NCBI RefSeq assembly: GCF_006345805.1
Contig: NC_043004.1
Coordinates: forward strand, 101,308,001 to 101,372,000
Reading direction: 5' to 3'
Length of the DNA stretch: 64,000 nt
DNA from: Octopus sinensis
Lineage: Eukaryota
This document shows, piece after piece, positions 38,201-51,552 of this stretch (the stretch's first letter is position 1; each line of letters opens with the position of its first letter). Below the pieces are notes generated by a model. It did not search any database. It was not told the origin of the DNA and saw nothing but the letters and a program-made list of their open reading frames with translations. A program made the position numbers and the translations under genes.

Positions 38201-40897
38201 TTAGTTTTAACCACTTGCTAGTTGGAGCTAGTTTAAGCTAATGTATTACATTTCTTTCACTTATCATTTTTAACCATCTGATTTCTAAAATATACCCTGG
38301 TTTATCATGAATATTTCCTCCCATCTCTTTCCGAAAACTTTGCTGTCCTATGTCAACAGTCTTTCATTTTATACTCCCATATATTTATATACATTCTTAT
38401 GTATGTGTGTACACACACACACAAACACACACACACACATCTTTCTTCCTTCACAGCCTATAACACTTTTAATTTGGTGTTATTAAGGTTAAATTTTCTA
38501 TTTGTTTCATTTTTTTTTCTTTGTTTTTCATGTTTTCCCCTCTTACAACTGGTTAGTTTTGTCCATTACCTCACAATACAAACTTAAAAAGAAAAACGAC
38601 CAATATTAAAAAAAAAAGTTTTATACAACAGTAATAATTACAAATAAAAAATAATTTTAAAATACTTGAGAAGAATCTTAAACTTTCTTATTTTGAAAAT
38701 TAAGTTTTATGTCATTGTACCATTTTTATAGTCGGTACCATAAAATTGGCTGTAAACCTTTGGATAACATAATCTGAGAATTCTATAAATTATTTTACTT
38801 CCACCCCTGTCCCTGAGTAATATTAATCACATATTTATAAGTATTTTAAACAGTTAAGCACATTTCTGTAATATAAATAAAATATTGATTAACTTTGTTT
38901 TCTTTCTGCGGTTCAGACTAAAGCAGTTATATGCACCTCTCTATTATTTTGTGATATTGTCTTAATCATATTAAAAAATTAAGTAATTATCACTATAGCT
39001 AAAGTATAGTTAAAGTACTTAATGTGAATTGTTACCACCATCACAATCTCTCTGAGGCTCTAAACTTGTTCTGTATTCACAGTTAGAGAAAAATATGATG
39101 GTTGTTTTTGACTTGCTGTATGCTTCAGCCACTTTAAGCTGAGTTATTTCAGATTTGAATGTTATTTATGATGTTAGTAAATAAAAAAAAAAAACATTTC
39201 TAATTTAGACACAGAATCTGTTTTTTTTTTTGTTTTTTTTTTTAAGTGGGAAGGTGTTGGTTAATTAAAGTGACCTCAGAATTCTGCTGGTACTTTATTT
39301 TATTTGATTTACCTTGAAAGAATGAAAGGCAACGTTGATCTGAATTTAAACTCTGAGAGAAATATTGGTTTCAAAATTTTGGCACTAGGCCAGTAATTTT
39401 GAGGCAGGTTGGCAAGTCGATTACATCAACCTCAGTTCTCAACCGGTACTTATTTTATTCTATCGGTCCCGAAAAGATGAAAGACAAAGTCAGTCTTAGC
39501 AGAATTCAGACTTGGAGCACCACCTTTTACTCACAGTAATATTACTAAGAACAATTGAAAATAGGAAAAACTCTTATTTACAATAAATGCAATGCTAGGT
39601 CAACTAGTAGTTGATTTGACCTGATAGTCATTGGTGATTATGATGATAATGGTGGTAGTGATTTTGGTAGTACTTCTGCTTTGTTGGTTGGAAAATTTTG
39701 TCCTGGTAGCACATTCAGTGGTGTAATTCTCACCTACTTTTACAACCATTGCTCCTATTAGTATGATTACTACTACTAGTACTACTGTAAGATAATAAAT
39801 ATATAATGGTTTAACCACTTTTAATCAGTTAGTGATAAAAGTAATGTGAATTTGTATCACTGCTATTTTCTAATGAGTCTTGGATTAGAAATTGTCAGGA
39901 CGATGCATCTGCAATGTGGGATGGTTTAACCACTTTTAATCAGTTAGTGATAAAAGTAATGTGAATTTGTATCACTGCTATTTTCTAATGGGTCTTGGAT
40001 TAGAAATTGTCACGACGATGCATCTGCAATGTGGGATGGAAAATTTTATTTCAGGAAGTTATCATAATGACAGCTGCTTTGCTCTCTTCTTGAAAGCAAA
40101 TTGGTTGTAGTTGTAGATATACGATAGTGAAGTGGTTATAGATTATTGCTAAGTAGTTTAGTTGGTTTATTTGAGCAGATTGTTGGCACAGAAGTCACTG
40201 ATGGATCATTGATCAGTGACAACCAATATCATTAGATATGTAATAGAAAAAAACAAAATGTTGCTGTATTCTAAACTTCATAACTGAACCAGTATTTATT
40301 GTAGCCATTGTATTTTTATGCTTGTGTTGTCCAAATATTTCAAACTTAAAACATAATCTATTTAAAAAAAACAAAACAAAAAAAAAAGACCCATATGGAG
40401 GATGTGGCAATTACATTGAACTGTTTCTGTGACTTTGTAGAGAGGCTCCTACACTGACTCTTCTTTTTTTATGTGTCTTCATGTGGATGAAACATTTTGT
40501 GGCATACATTGCATAAAATACCGATGTCAGTATATACTTGTATCCATCTACTTATGATTTGTTGCTAATATATGCTTGCTAGGTAATTATTTATTAACGT
40601 TAGTTAATCAATAGTACCTGTAAAATCAAATTCAATGGTTATTCCAGTATAATGTTGAATATCTACCAAAAAAAAAAAAAAAATAGTTGGCATTTTCTGC
40701 AAGCCACATTGCCTCAATAGATTGATACATAAAATTGCTTTCCACGGTTTAGAGTAATCAAATTATGAGTGGATATATGGTTAAAAAGGTTAAACACTGA
40801 CAACTTGGGTTTTGCAATAATCTGAATATAACTACCAATATATATTTTCTTATTCAGTTGAAGACCAGTGTGTTAGCCTATAATAACAAATTCACTG

Positions 40898-40932
<35 letters not shown>

Positions 40933-41163
40933 GACAGGAATTATCCAAAGTGTATCAGTTCAATAACAGATGATTATATATTTCTTTGACTTTCAGTTAA
41001 GTCACTTTATTTGACAAGATAGACAACTCACAATAAAAGCTGGAAAGAACATTCTGATGCAAAATAGTTTTTCAATCTTTCATACAAATATTGATCGTTC
41101 TAACACTTTATTGATTGATTTAACACTTATCAGCAATCATTGCTAAGTGATATATATATATAA

Positions 41164-41199
<36 letters not shown>

Positions 41200-44100
41200 G
41201 CTATTGCTGCTATGACCGTTCAGTACTCAAATCTTTCTCCAAAATGAAAGCAGTTATTTTTACTATTGTCTGCCTATCTTATGATCTTTCTCTCTCTCTC
41301 ACATACACAAATACACAAACTCACGAACAATCAAAGTTTATAAAAATCAATACAGAATGGGGTGAAAAATGTTACATTCCCTCTTGTTCTTTCTCTTCAT
41401 TTCCATTCTTGTGCACTTTAGTACATACTGCATTTTGATGTTTGTACAGCTTTGGGATACATGCAGAAGACATTGTTGCAAATCAGCAAAAGAAAAAGAA
41501 AATGAAATCTAGATTGTTGTTTTCAGGGATAAAATTCAAATTTTGGTGCAATTTGTTAACCACTGATTAGCATTGACTGCTAATTCCTATAAGTAAAATT
41601 TCAACTGGTTCTAATGATGATATGAGTGAAACAGATTGGTTGGTTGAAGGGGAGGTGATAAAGGAGAGACAAATTTGAACATTAACATATTGTTGAAACC
41701 GGTATGATTGGTATGCACAACTCACTTGCAATAGCTAATTTCTTAGTTGAGAAGTAACAGTTACTTACATCCACTCTCTTAAGTTTCAACACAGTGAGTT
41801 AGATCAAGATTCAAATCACACGTATGGTAAACAGTCAGAAGTCACAGCAAATTCTAAAATAGCTTGAGCCCCACTGAAAATACATGCTGTTGGATTGATA
41901 CTGGATTTTCGCTTGGCTGAACCACAGTTAGGAATATTCATTGATCCACTTTCCGAAATCTATAAAGAAACTAAAGAGTCTTTTGCTTTTGATCTACATT
42001 TGACATTCTCGATATTCTTTTTTAGTATATGATTTCCCATCAAATCAGAAATGAGATTATATAACTTAGAAAAGAGTTTGGAGGTGAAGAAATTAGAATT
42101 GGTAATGAGCATTGTGTTTTTATAGCGAGACTGACTGGATTTTGAAATGAGTGGATTGAGTTTCAGGATTTATTGGGATCTACACTGAGAACTATATACC
42201 TTCTGTTGTCCCTTTGAAAGATTGGGTAACAATTGAACAACCATATCATCCACATTCACACAAACACACACACACACACACGTATTAAAATGATATTAAA
42301 AGATGGGAAGAAATATTATAAGAAGACAGAAATGTACCTACTGCTTTCAACCCACCTTTATGTAAATACAAAAAGAACAATTACCAAAAAAAAATTCAGT
42401 TTTGAGGCCAATTCTAAATAGCTTTTATTTAAATGTCTAGATTTACTAATAACTATTATACTTTGTGTAAAAAAGAGGTCTGGTAGGATTCTTCACATGA
42501 TTCTTCTTGTGGAAACAGTTCAGTATCTTAGTTTTTCTTTCTTTATCTTTGTTGGAAATCTCAGTTGTAAAAGCTTCATCATAAAATTACAAAGTACATA
42601 TTCACCACAAATGGGAACCCCAAGAGTACCTGAGTTTGATTACAACATATAATATTACCTCATCATCATCATTGAGGTATTTTTTATTAATATCTATTCT
42701 CTGTAACTAAAGTGGACAGTTTAAAATCATTATTAGAATGATATGTATATTAGACATTGTTTAATCCTTATTGCTATTAATGATAATAACCTATAAATCC
42801 TGTTTCCTTTTGGAAAATTAACTTTTAAATATAATTTTGTCTGTCTTAGCTATGAAGAACTTTACCAGTAACATAGGTCTCAATTTTCTTTTGTTTAGGA
42901 CATGACATAGGTGCATTCAAACAAGATATTTTTGTGTATTGCTTGGATTTAATTCAAATTTTAACTAGTGTCTGATTTAAATTTTATAAAGACATTCCTT
43001 GATTCCATAATTATTTACAAAGCTATCAACAAAGCAAACTACTATAAAAATACATACAAAATTTGAAATCACTGTTTTATATTTCTAGAGCAACTTATCA
43101 GTCACACTGGTCTGTTAATGTTATTAGCATATTCTAATAATATTGGGTTGTCCAGAAAGTCTGTGCCGATTTGTAGCAGCTTGCCTTTCGACTTATTTTA
43201 GAACGTGATTGAGTCCATAAAATAGGATTTTACTTCACCTCCATTTAGAGCACAGTTTAAGCTATCTTTTCACAGAAGAAGGTTTATGTTCCTATGACCT
43301 GTGTTAATTCTGTAACCCTTTAAAATGGAAGATAAGAAAGTTCATTTTCGGCACCCGATGCTTTGGGAACCTGACAAAGATTGCTGCAGCTTGGCTGGGA
43401 TGTGTTACCCCACCCTCTATATTCACCAGATATTGCTCCTTCGGATTTCCACTTACTCAGATCTCTGCAGAATAGTCTTAATGGTAAAAATTTCAATTCC
43501 TTGGATGACGTAAAAAGATACCTTGATGAATTCTTTGCCATGAAACCACCTCAATTCTGGAAAGAGGGTATTTTCAAGTTAAAGGAAAGATGGAGACGCA
43601 TTGTGCAACAAAATGGTTCATATTTGGTTGATTGAAAATGTAATGGCAACTATTTACTGACCTTTTTCTTTCCTTTAAAAATTGGCACAAACTTTCCGGA
43701 CAACCCAATACATGGCCAGTGTGGTGATATCTTTTTCATGTAAATAAAGATGAGTTGGTACAAATTTTAGAACCAACCAAACCTAATATGTAATTAGAAT
43801 GTAAGGCCATTTTTTTTCAAATGCTATTCTTAGTTCTTTTATATAGAAAGCTATTTACTTTATTGTTGTTCCCAAACAGTATAATAAACTAAGATCTTTT
43901 CTATGTCTGCCTATCTGAGATCTTTGCTGCAAAGAGTTGTTTTATTATCTTCTAATATACTCGGCCCCCCGAAATCCCTTTGTTGTATTAGCAGAAATCA
44001 AACCCCCCTGTTGCATGTTTGCACTTCATTCACTGTGTCTAGTCTATAAATGTTTACCTTTGCACTTGTGACATTCAGTTTCAATTCGTCGTCCATGTCA

Positions 44101-47100
44101 CTTCACTCTCTCCTACCATTTATACATCTATTTTAATAAAATGCTTAATTTACTCAATTTTGGTTTAATGTCTACTTAAAAAAAAAATCAACTTGATACA
44201 GTGATTAGGAGAGAGGGAAAAATTAGGCATTATAAATTGCTATCATATTCCATATAGCTGTGTGTGTGTGTGTGTGTGTGTGGTAGTTGTCAAAATATTT
44301 CTGCCCAAAATATCATTAAACCAGTGATACTTTAAGACTGTCAGATAACCTGAGATGATAACTGAGTGAGCTACAAAGTAATAATGGTTTCAAATTTTGG
44401 CACAAGGCCTGCAAGTTCAGGGCAGTGGGTAAGCCAATTACGTCAAGTCCCAGTGCTCAACTGGCATATATTTTATTGACCCTGAAAAGATGAAAAACAA
44501 AGTCAACTTCATCAGAATTTAAACTGAACATAAAATGAGCGAAAATGTTACTAAGCATTTTACCCAACATGCTAAGGATTCTGTCAGCTTGTCACCCTGA
44601 AGCAATATTTATAATAATATTATGAGGCCACAAAATTTTTTACTTCATTAATGTAAGAATATTACTTGCATTACCGGTGTCTACACATCTTAAAATATTG
44701 TGCATATGGTTGTGTTTTCAATAATTTCTCATCCTCAACTATTTAATGTTCGTTGCTGATCTTTTACTAGTGGCAATCCCTTTCTAAAACGAGATTTGGT
44801 CTATTAGGATTATGTTGGCTTTAGATGGAAACTTTACAACTTCTTTGAGTTATCATTTGTCAAGTGATTATGTATGACCTGTTTTAAAACCTTTGAAAAT
44901 AAGTGATTGATTGAAATCAATCATTACTTAAGCTTCTGTTTAGTGAACCTATCTTAGCTTATTAATCTTAAATTATTATTAATATTTAATTAATCTTAAA
45001 TCATAGTTAATTATTCATTTCTAAGGTGAGCTGGATGCAAGAATAACCATAAAAATATCATTGCACTTCATAAAAATTCAGTTGTGAGATTTACACTAAA
45101 ATCTAGAAATTATTGAAGATAATCCTGTATATAATATATTCTCTTAATACATGTATATTATTCTTAATCTCTTAATATTTGTCTTTTTTTTCTTTTGTTT
45201 ACTTCCAGATTTTCTGCGCTGTGATTGCTGGTGTTCTTCATTTTCTCTTTTTAGCAGCATTTTGTTGGATGTGTCTTGAAGGCATCCTGCTCTATATAAT
45301 GCTTATTGAAGTCTTTGAGGCAGAATCTCGTCGAACTGCTTTTTACCTTTTTGGTTATGGTAGGTTACTTGTCCCTTTTAATCTACTTTAGGACAAAATG
45401 AACAAAGCTGTAAGAACAAAAACGGCAAATGTGTAAAAAGCCATTGGTAATGAAAGATGTAGAGAATGTCTTAGGTTAAAGCAGTAAAAGCCTTGTTTAT
45501 ATATTTATTATAAATATCACAATCTGTTTTCAGTCATGTTACATTAGTAATTCTTTCATTTTATTTAATATCTCTCCAGCCTTAAGAAGAGCATGAATAT
45601 TACAAAACTCAGTCTTTCTTCTGTAGCCAATAAATTTTTTCATCTGTAAGAACTATATTTGCTTAAAACTCCATCTGTCTAACACCCATGGACATGTTTA
45701 AAAAGTTAGAAAACAGCACAGCTCCCATGACTTTCAGAAACATTTTTTCACACCAAGAGTTGCTGAAGCTTGGAACAAACTGCCAGCATCAGTTGTTAGT
45801 TGTCGGAACACTGCATCCTTCAAAACTTCCATGCTTCCTGAGATTCGCCAACACTACACCTGATTTTTCTCCCCTCCATAGACACGCAAGCATGTATCTG
45901 ACTCATACACTGTTCACTTCCCAGACATTTGTACATTAAGGCACATGCTTTATACGCACTTTTGACAAGTTGTGGTGCCCCTTAGCACTGTATACAATAA
46001 TTTCATTATTATTATTATCATTATCATGGACAAACTAAGAAGCTTGAGATATTTTAAATGAAACTGGAAAATGTATTATTTTCCTGTTTCATCACTGCAC
46101 TAATTGGAGAATGAAGTGAAATGTTTTCAATCAAGAATTGAAACTTTGGTTGCCAAGATAACAACCACAGCAATAATAATAATTCTGAGTGAAATCATTT
46201 TGCTTCTCAGTGCTTTACCATTTGTTCTTACACAAGCATTTGCAGAAACAGCAGTAGCTTTTCAGACATGTATTAGTGCTATTATATAAAAGTTCTTTGC
46301 ATCATTGTAAATATGTGTATTTGACATGCTTTTGACAAGTTAAACCACAACAAACTGTGAAGGACATTGGTCTGCAGTAGGGTGAGTAATTACGCAGTAA
46401 AGTTTATCGTAGTTTGTTTAGGATAAAATTCTCATGAAAATGTCAAACAGAAATAAAATACATTAACAGTCAATCATCTTCAATATTTTTAAACTAGGCC
46501 AAGGCTTGAACCCAGAAACCTTTTATCATATTAAGTCTAAGTCTAAATACTGAGCCTTTGTCTCAAAGAACAACAATTGATAAAATGTTAAGGTACTTAG
46601 GCATTAGACTTAAAAATTTGTATGTATTTTACATTTGTATTATTGTTGATATCAATAAATGTTGGAATATGTTTCTCTGAGATGAATTTCATAATAGTGC
46701 CTGTTTTTCAGACTATTTCTTCATCTTAGATATGTTGTTCCCAGCCACATGGTTTCAGGTTCATTATTACTGTGTGGCACCCTGGGCAAAGTGTCTTCTG
46801 CTAAAACTTTAGGTCAACCAAAGCTTTGTGTGTGGATTTGGCAGGCAGAAACTGAAAGAAGCCTGTCATATATGTGTGTTTATATATGTGTGTCAGTGTT
46901 GCTTGATAATTGTCAGAAAAGTTGGGCCTCTTGTTTCCAAACTTCTATGGAAACATATCCAGCCATGAAAAAATATTACCTTGTTTGGCAATAAGTCAGG
47001 ATTGGTGGCAGGGAAGTCATCAAGCTGTAGAAAACCCACCTCAACAAATTATGTTTGACCCATGCAAGCATTAAAAAATGGTTGCTAAAATAATGATGGT

Positions 47101-50100
47101 GATAAATATTTTGAAGCTGGTGTCTCTTGAAATGACAGGCTAGTGGTTGGATCATCATCCCAATGTACTAGAATAAAGGTTTCAGGTTCAATCTTTAACC
47201 TATCTCAGACAAGTGGAGATTAAATTATACCAGATTAAAAGTCAGCAATGCATCCAAGATGAGAAAAACACATATTATGAAACCTTTTTCTTTCTGTCAT
47301 CAATCTCAAATTTTTCTGTTTGAATTTCTTAAATTTTATTTACTTCTGCAAATTTGTTTCAGCTGTACCTTTTAATGTTTCTCATCTACTTTATTTTATT
47401 TTATATCTCATGTGTCTTTTTGTTTTGTTGGAGATAATATCCAGCTGTTTAAGCATCTCAACCCTTTTCTATTTACACACAAGCATCTTACCCTTTTTCC
47501 ATTTGTTCTTCAGGAATCCCTGCTCTGATTGTTGGAATCGCACTTGGTGTAGATTACAGAGGATATGGCACAGATAGGCAGTTAGTTTCCTTTTTTTCTA
47601 ACCTTTATAACTGCAAGATTTGGAGTTAATGTTTTATCACTTTGTATGAAAATATTTTCTAAGTTCATTTTTTACTGTCACATTATGATGAAATGATTAT
47701 TGCCCTTGTATTAACTGTCTAATAGGGAATACCACATGATAAAAAAAATCTTAAAGCAGCCAAAAAAATGATTAAAATAAACTAAAACATTTTCTTTGCA
47801 AAAGATTATTTGTATATAACATATTGACAATTTATAACATTAATACAAAACCAAAAATGTTTGTGGTGGTAGAGGTACAATTTAATATTTGTTTACTTCT
47901 TATTCTACCAGTCTCAGAAGGATGAAGGTACTAAAAGATATAATTAACTAGTGTAAGGCTTTTTGTGAAGAATTTTTTGTTTTTTTCACTCATATGAATT
48001 AAAAAATATACAAAGATGAGTTTCAACAAATATTGGGTATGTTTAAATCGAATATATTTTGTTAATTTTCATTTTTCAAATCTAAACTTTTTCCTTGTTA
48101 AGAAGGCACTTATAATTTTATTTTTAATTTACTTTCTTTTCTATTGCAGTTGCTGGTTGAAGATTGATAATTACTTTATACTTAGCTTTGTGGTACCGGT
48201 TGGCATTATAATTCTTGTAAGTAATGAAGATGTATATATATATTTTTTTTTCCTTGTTTATGAATAATAATTCACACCTAAATTTGAATTTTGCAATTCA
48301 ATTCATTCAATGGAACTGAAAAGGCTATATAATTCCATTGGTCTTATTTCATATGCCTCTGGGAAATACATTCTAAATCTTCTTTCAGTGTTAATGTGTA
48401 ATAACTGGACACGGGAGTGGGAAGAATTAATCTTTTACTCTTTGGATGTTTACACAATCTAGATGCTTGCACTGGCTTTATAGAATGATCATGATAGTTT
48501 TTATGATAACTACAAATTATTATCTGGTTGGTGGTGCTCCAGCATAGCCAAAGCCTGCTTGCTGGAATCAGTAGGACAGTAAAGAAAAAAAAAATTATAA
48601 TTTATGATCTATACTCTCTCCAAATTTCATTTTCTTTTAATACAGGTGCTGTTGTGAAACGGTTTCCCCCAACCCCATCTCTGTTGCTCTTACTTTAATC
48701 TCAGCTGTTAATCACATTCTCTGTTGTCTTCCAGATTAACATGTTCATGTTGATCTTAGCAATATACATGATGCACACTCACGCCAACACTGCTAATTCT
48801 AAAGAACGGTCAACTAAAGAAAAGATAAAGTAAGTTCAACTCTTCAATAATGTTACACTTTATTTAATTTTGATTGATTTGTTGAGTGGTTAATTAATAT
48901 TACTTATTGATATGTTTATTGTGTGTGACTTTTATAGTTTTGTTGTTCTTTTATTTTACTTTTATTTTATGAAGAGATATATCTAAAAATAATAATAATA
49001 ATATTGGCTGTTATTATTAATATTATTATTCAGTGATGATGATAATATAATAATACTGATTTCTTAAATGGGCAATATTTGAGGAAGGGGAAAATAAACA
49101 TTGTGTGATTTTCATGCCTTTCCCAAGTGTATTTGTAATGTATAATAGGCTGAGAAAATCAACACCTCTTCCATGCAGTCTTCAAATTCAAGCAGGAAAA
49201 AAATTCTTAATTTTATCTTATAAGGTTAAATGTAAAGGGAAGCTTGGAGATTTGGGATGAAAAAATGTTGTAGCCAGGGTTGTGACACAAGAAAACCCAA
49301 ATGCTATCATCAATATTAATAATGATAATAATTATTCATGTAAATGAACAGCTGCTTCTCATCCTTCCTTCTCCCTTTTCGTTCTATAGTATTTGATTGC
49401 TATGGTTTTGCTCCTTGCAATGCGGGGCAGAATAATAATAATAATGTGTGTGTGTATAATATATCTATATATATATATACATACACATTTACTGTTGTCC
49501 ATATATTTTTGGTGCTATCAAGAGCAAGCTATTCTATTTGTGCTGACACAAATGTTTCATTAGGATGCTCTTTCTACCACTAAGTAGTGAGTCAACCATG
49601 TTTTTGTTGAGACAGGCAGGCTTGAAGAAGCATAATTATGAGCCTTGCTCAGAGACTGCAACACAGAATCTCTAGTATAATGGATGTAATAAACATCTGC
49701 CAATATCATCAACACCATAGCACTATAATTTTTACACTCATTGTTCTTCTCACTCTCTTTTTAACCTGATGAAATTGTTTAGGCTCCAGTCTCTTTTCTA
49801 ACCATATTACACTAAGGAAAAAATTGAAGTGTGAAAGACCAATGTTTCTAGATCAAAACATACTGTAGTACAATATTAGAAAAGTATAATTAATCTAAGA
49901 GAAAAACTGAATATTTCATATATCTATTTGAAGAACTTAATTTACTAAATCATTTGCAATTACTTACTGTATATTATTTAACTTGCTCCGTACAAAACCC
50001 TGAGACTGCCCCTGGCTCCATTGTTACTGACATGCCTGAATATTGAAAGCTTTCATTTCTAAATTAAATTTCCACTAAAATCTCATTAATAACTGAATGA

Positions 50101-51521
50101 AGAATTTGTAGGAAAAGTTCCAAATGTGCTTTTATGTAGGAACCTTTTGTCAAGTTGTACTACCAATAACAGTTTAATATATTCAATGAAAAAAACTATA
50201 CTGCTATTTTACTAAATCACTCTGATGTTAATTTTGAAAATCAATAACAATATCTAGCAGTATATACTTGGAAAGGGTTAAACATTTTAATTCACTTGTT
50301 GCTTAAAAATATTATAAAAATTCCTTATTCTTGTATAACGCTGAGTAAATGTTTTGCATTTGTTACTTAATTAGAGGTGGTGGTAGAGTATGTCTTTTGT
50401 TTTTATTTGTTTTTGTTTTCCTTTCTTGAAGATAGGAAAATTTTCTTTTCATTCGTCTTTATTTTATTTAGTAAAAGTTGAGTTCTTCAGTATCTTACAA
50501 ATTATTAAATAATTTTGTTATAAAAACTTAGATAAAAAAAAAACTCACAGGTACATTGGCTACAAAGTAGGACAACTGAAAGTGCAAATGTATTACAGAG
50601 ATTCCGTGTCTCTACATTAAAAATATGAAAGAAACTAGAAGTGTGGGCATGAATAACCCATACTTAACTATTTGCTTAAAAAATAATTGAATGTGTGTGT
50701 GTTTGTGTGCATGTGGGCACAGTGTGGCCAAATGGTTGTGAAATGTGCTTTGCAACCACAAGTTCATAAGTTCAAATCCATCATGTGGTAGTTGAGAAAA
50801 TGTCATTTTTTTATTGCCTCATTCAGACTGAGTGAGTAGATGCATATCATATGGATTATTTCTGTAATTCAAAGATACAGCTTTGTCACTGTGTCATGCT
50901 GGTTCTGTCTTAGAATTACACTAAGGATTCGCTTGTTTGTGAAATGCTACAAGCCATTTACACGTGAATTCAATGAGCAGGCATTTCAGTTGACTGATTG
51001 AACAACTGAATCCGCATCATTGAAACTCTTGGAGAATCATTCATATATATATATATATATCTCTAATGTAGGATAAAATTCTTTTTGAAAAAAATTTTAT
51101 CAATGGCCAGCATATTAAAAAATACCTTTAAAGGTTAAATTTATAAACAATTCATAAATAAAGGGCAAACGAAAAAATTTTCTAATGCCAAATATGCCGA
51201 AAAATTGGACATATTGTCCATTAACCATATAATTTTTTCACAAATGAATTATATATATATATATATTGGTAAAACGGTAAGATAACAAAAGAAAGAAAGA
51301 GACCTCAATATTATGTAAATAGAGGAAATTTATCTATACAATGATATGTTACATTACTCGATAGTCAAGATAAAACTCTGAGTTTCAGATGCCGAAGTGG
51401 GAATCCACGACATCTCTTCGGTTATCTGGAAATAGCCAGATAACCGAAGAGATATCGTGGATTCCCACTTCGGCATCTGAAACTCAGAGTTTTATCTTGA
51501 CTATCGAGTAATGTAACATAT

Positions 51522-51552
<31 letters not shown>

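Noticed and set aside
49355-49400. Strong pyrimidine tract + TAG acceptor in the ICL3 intron
   Set aside because: In the required phase it gives N-I-stop at once and I see no convincing donor; a poison or terminal exon cannot be supported.
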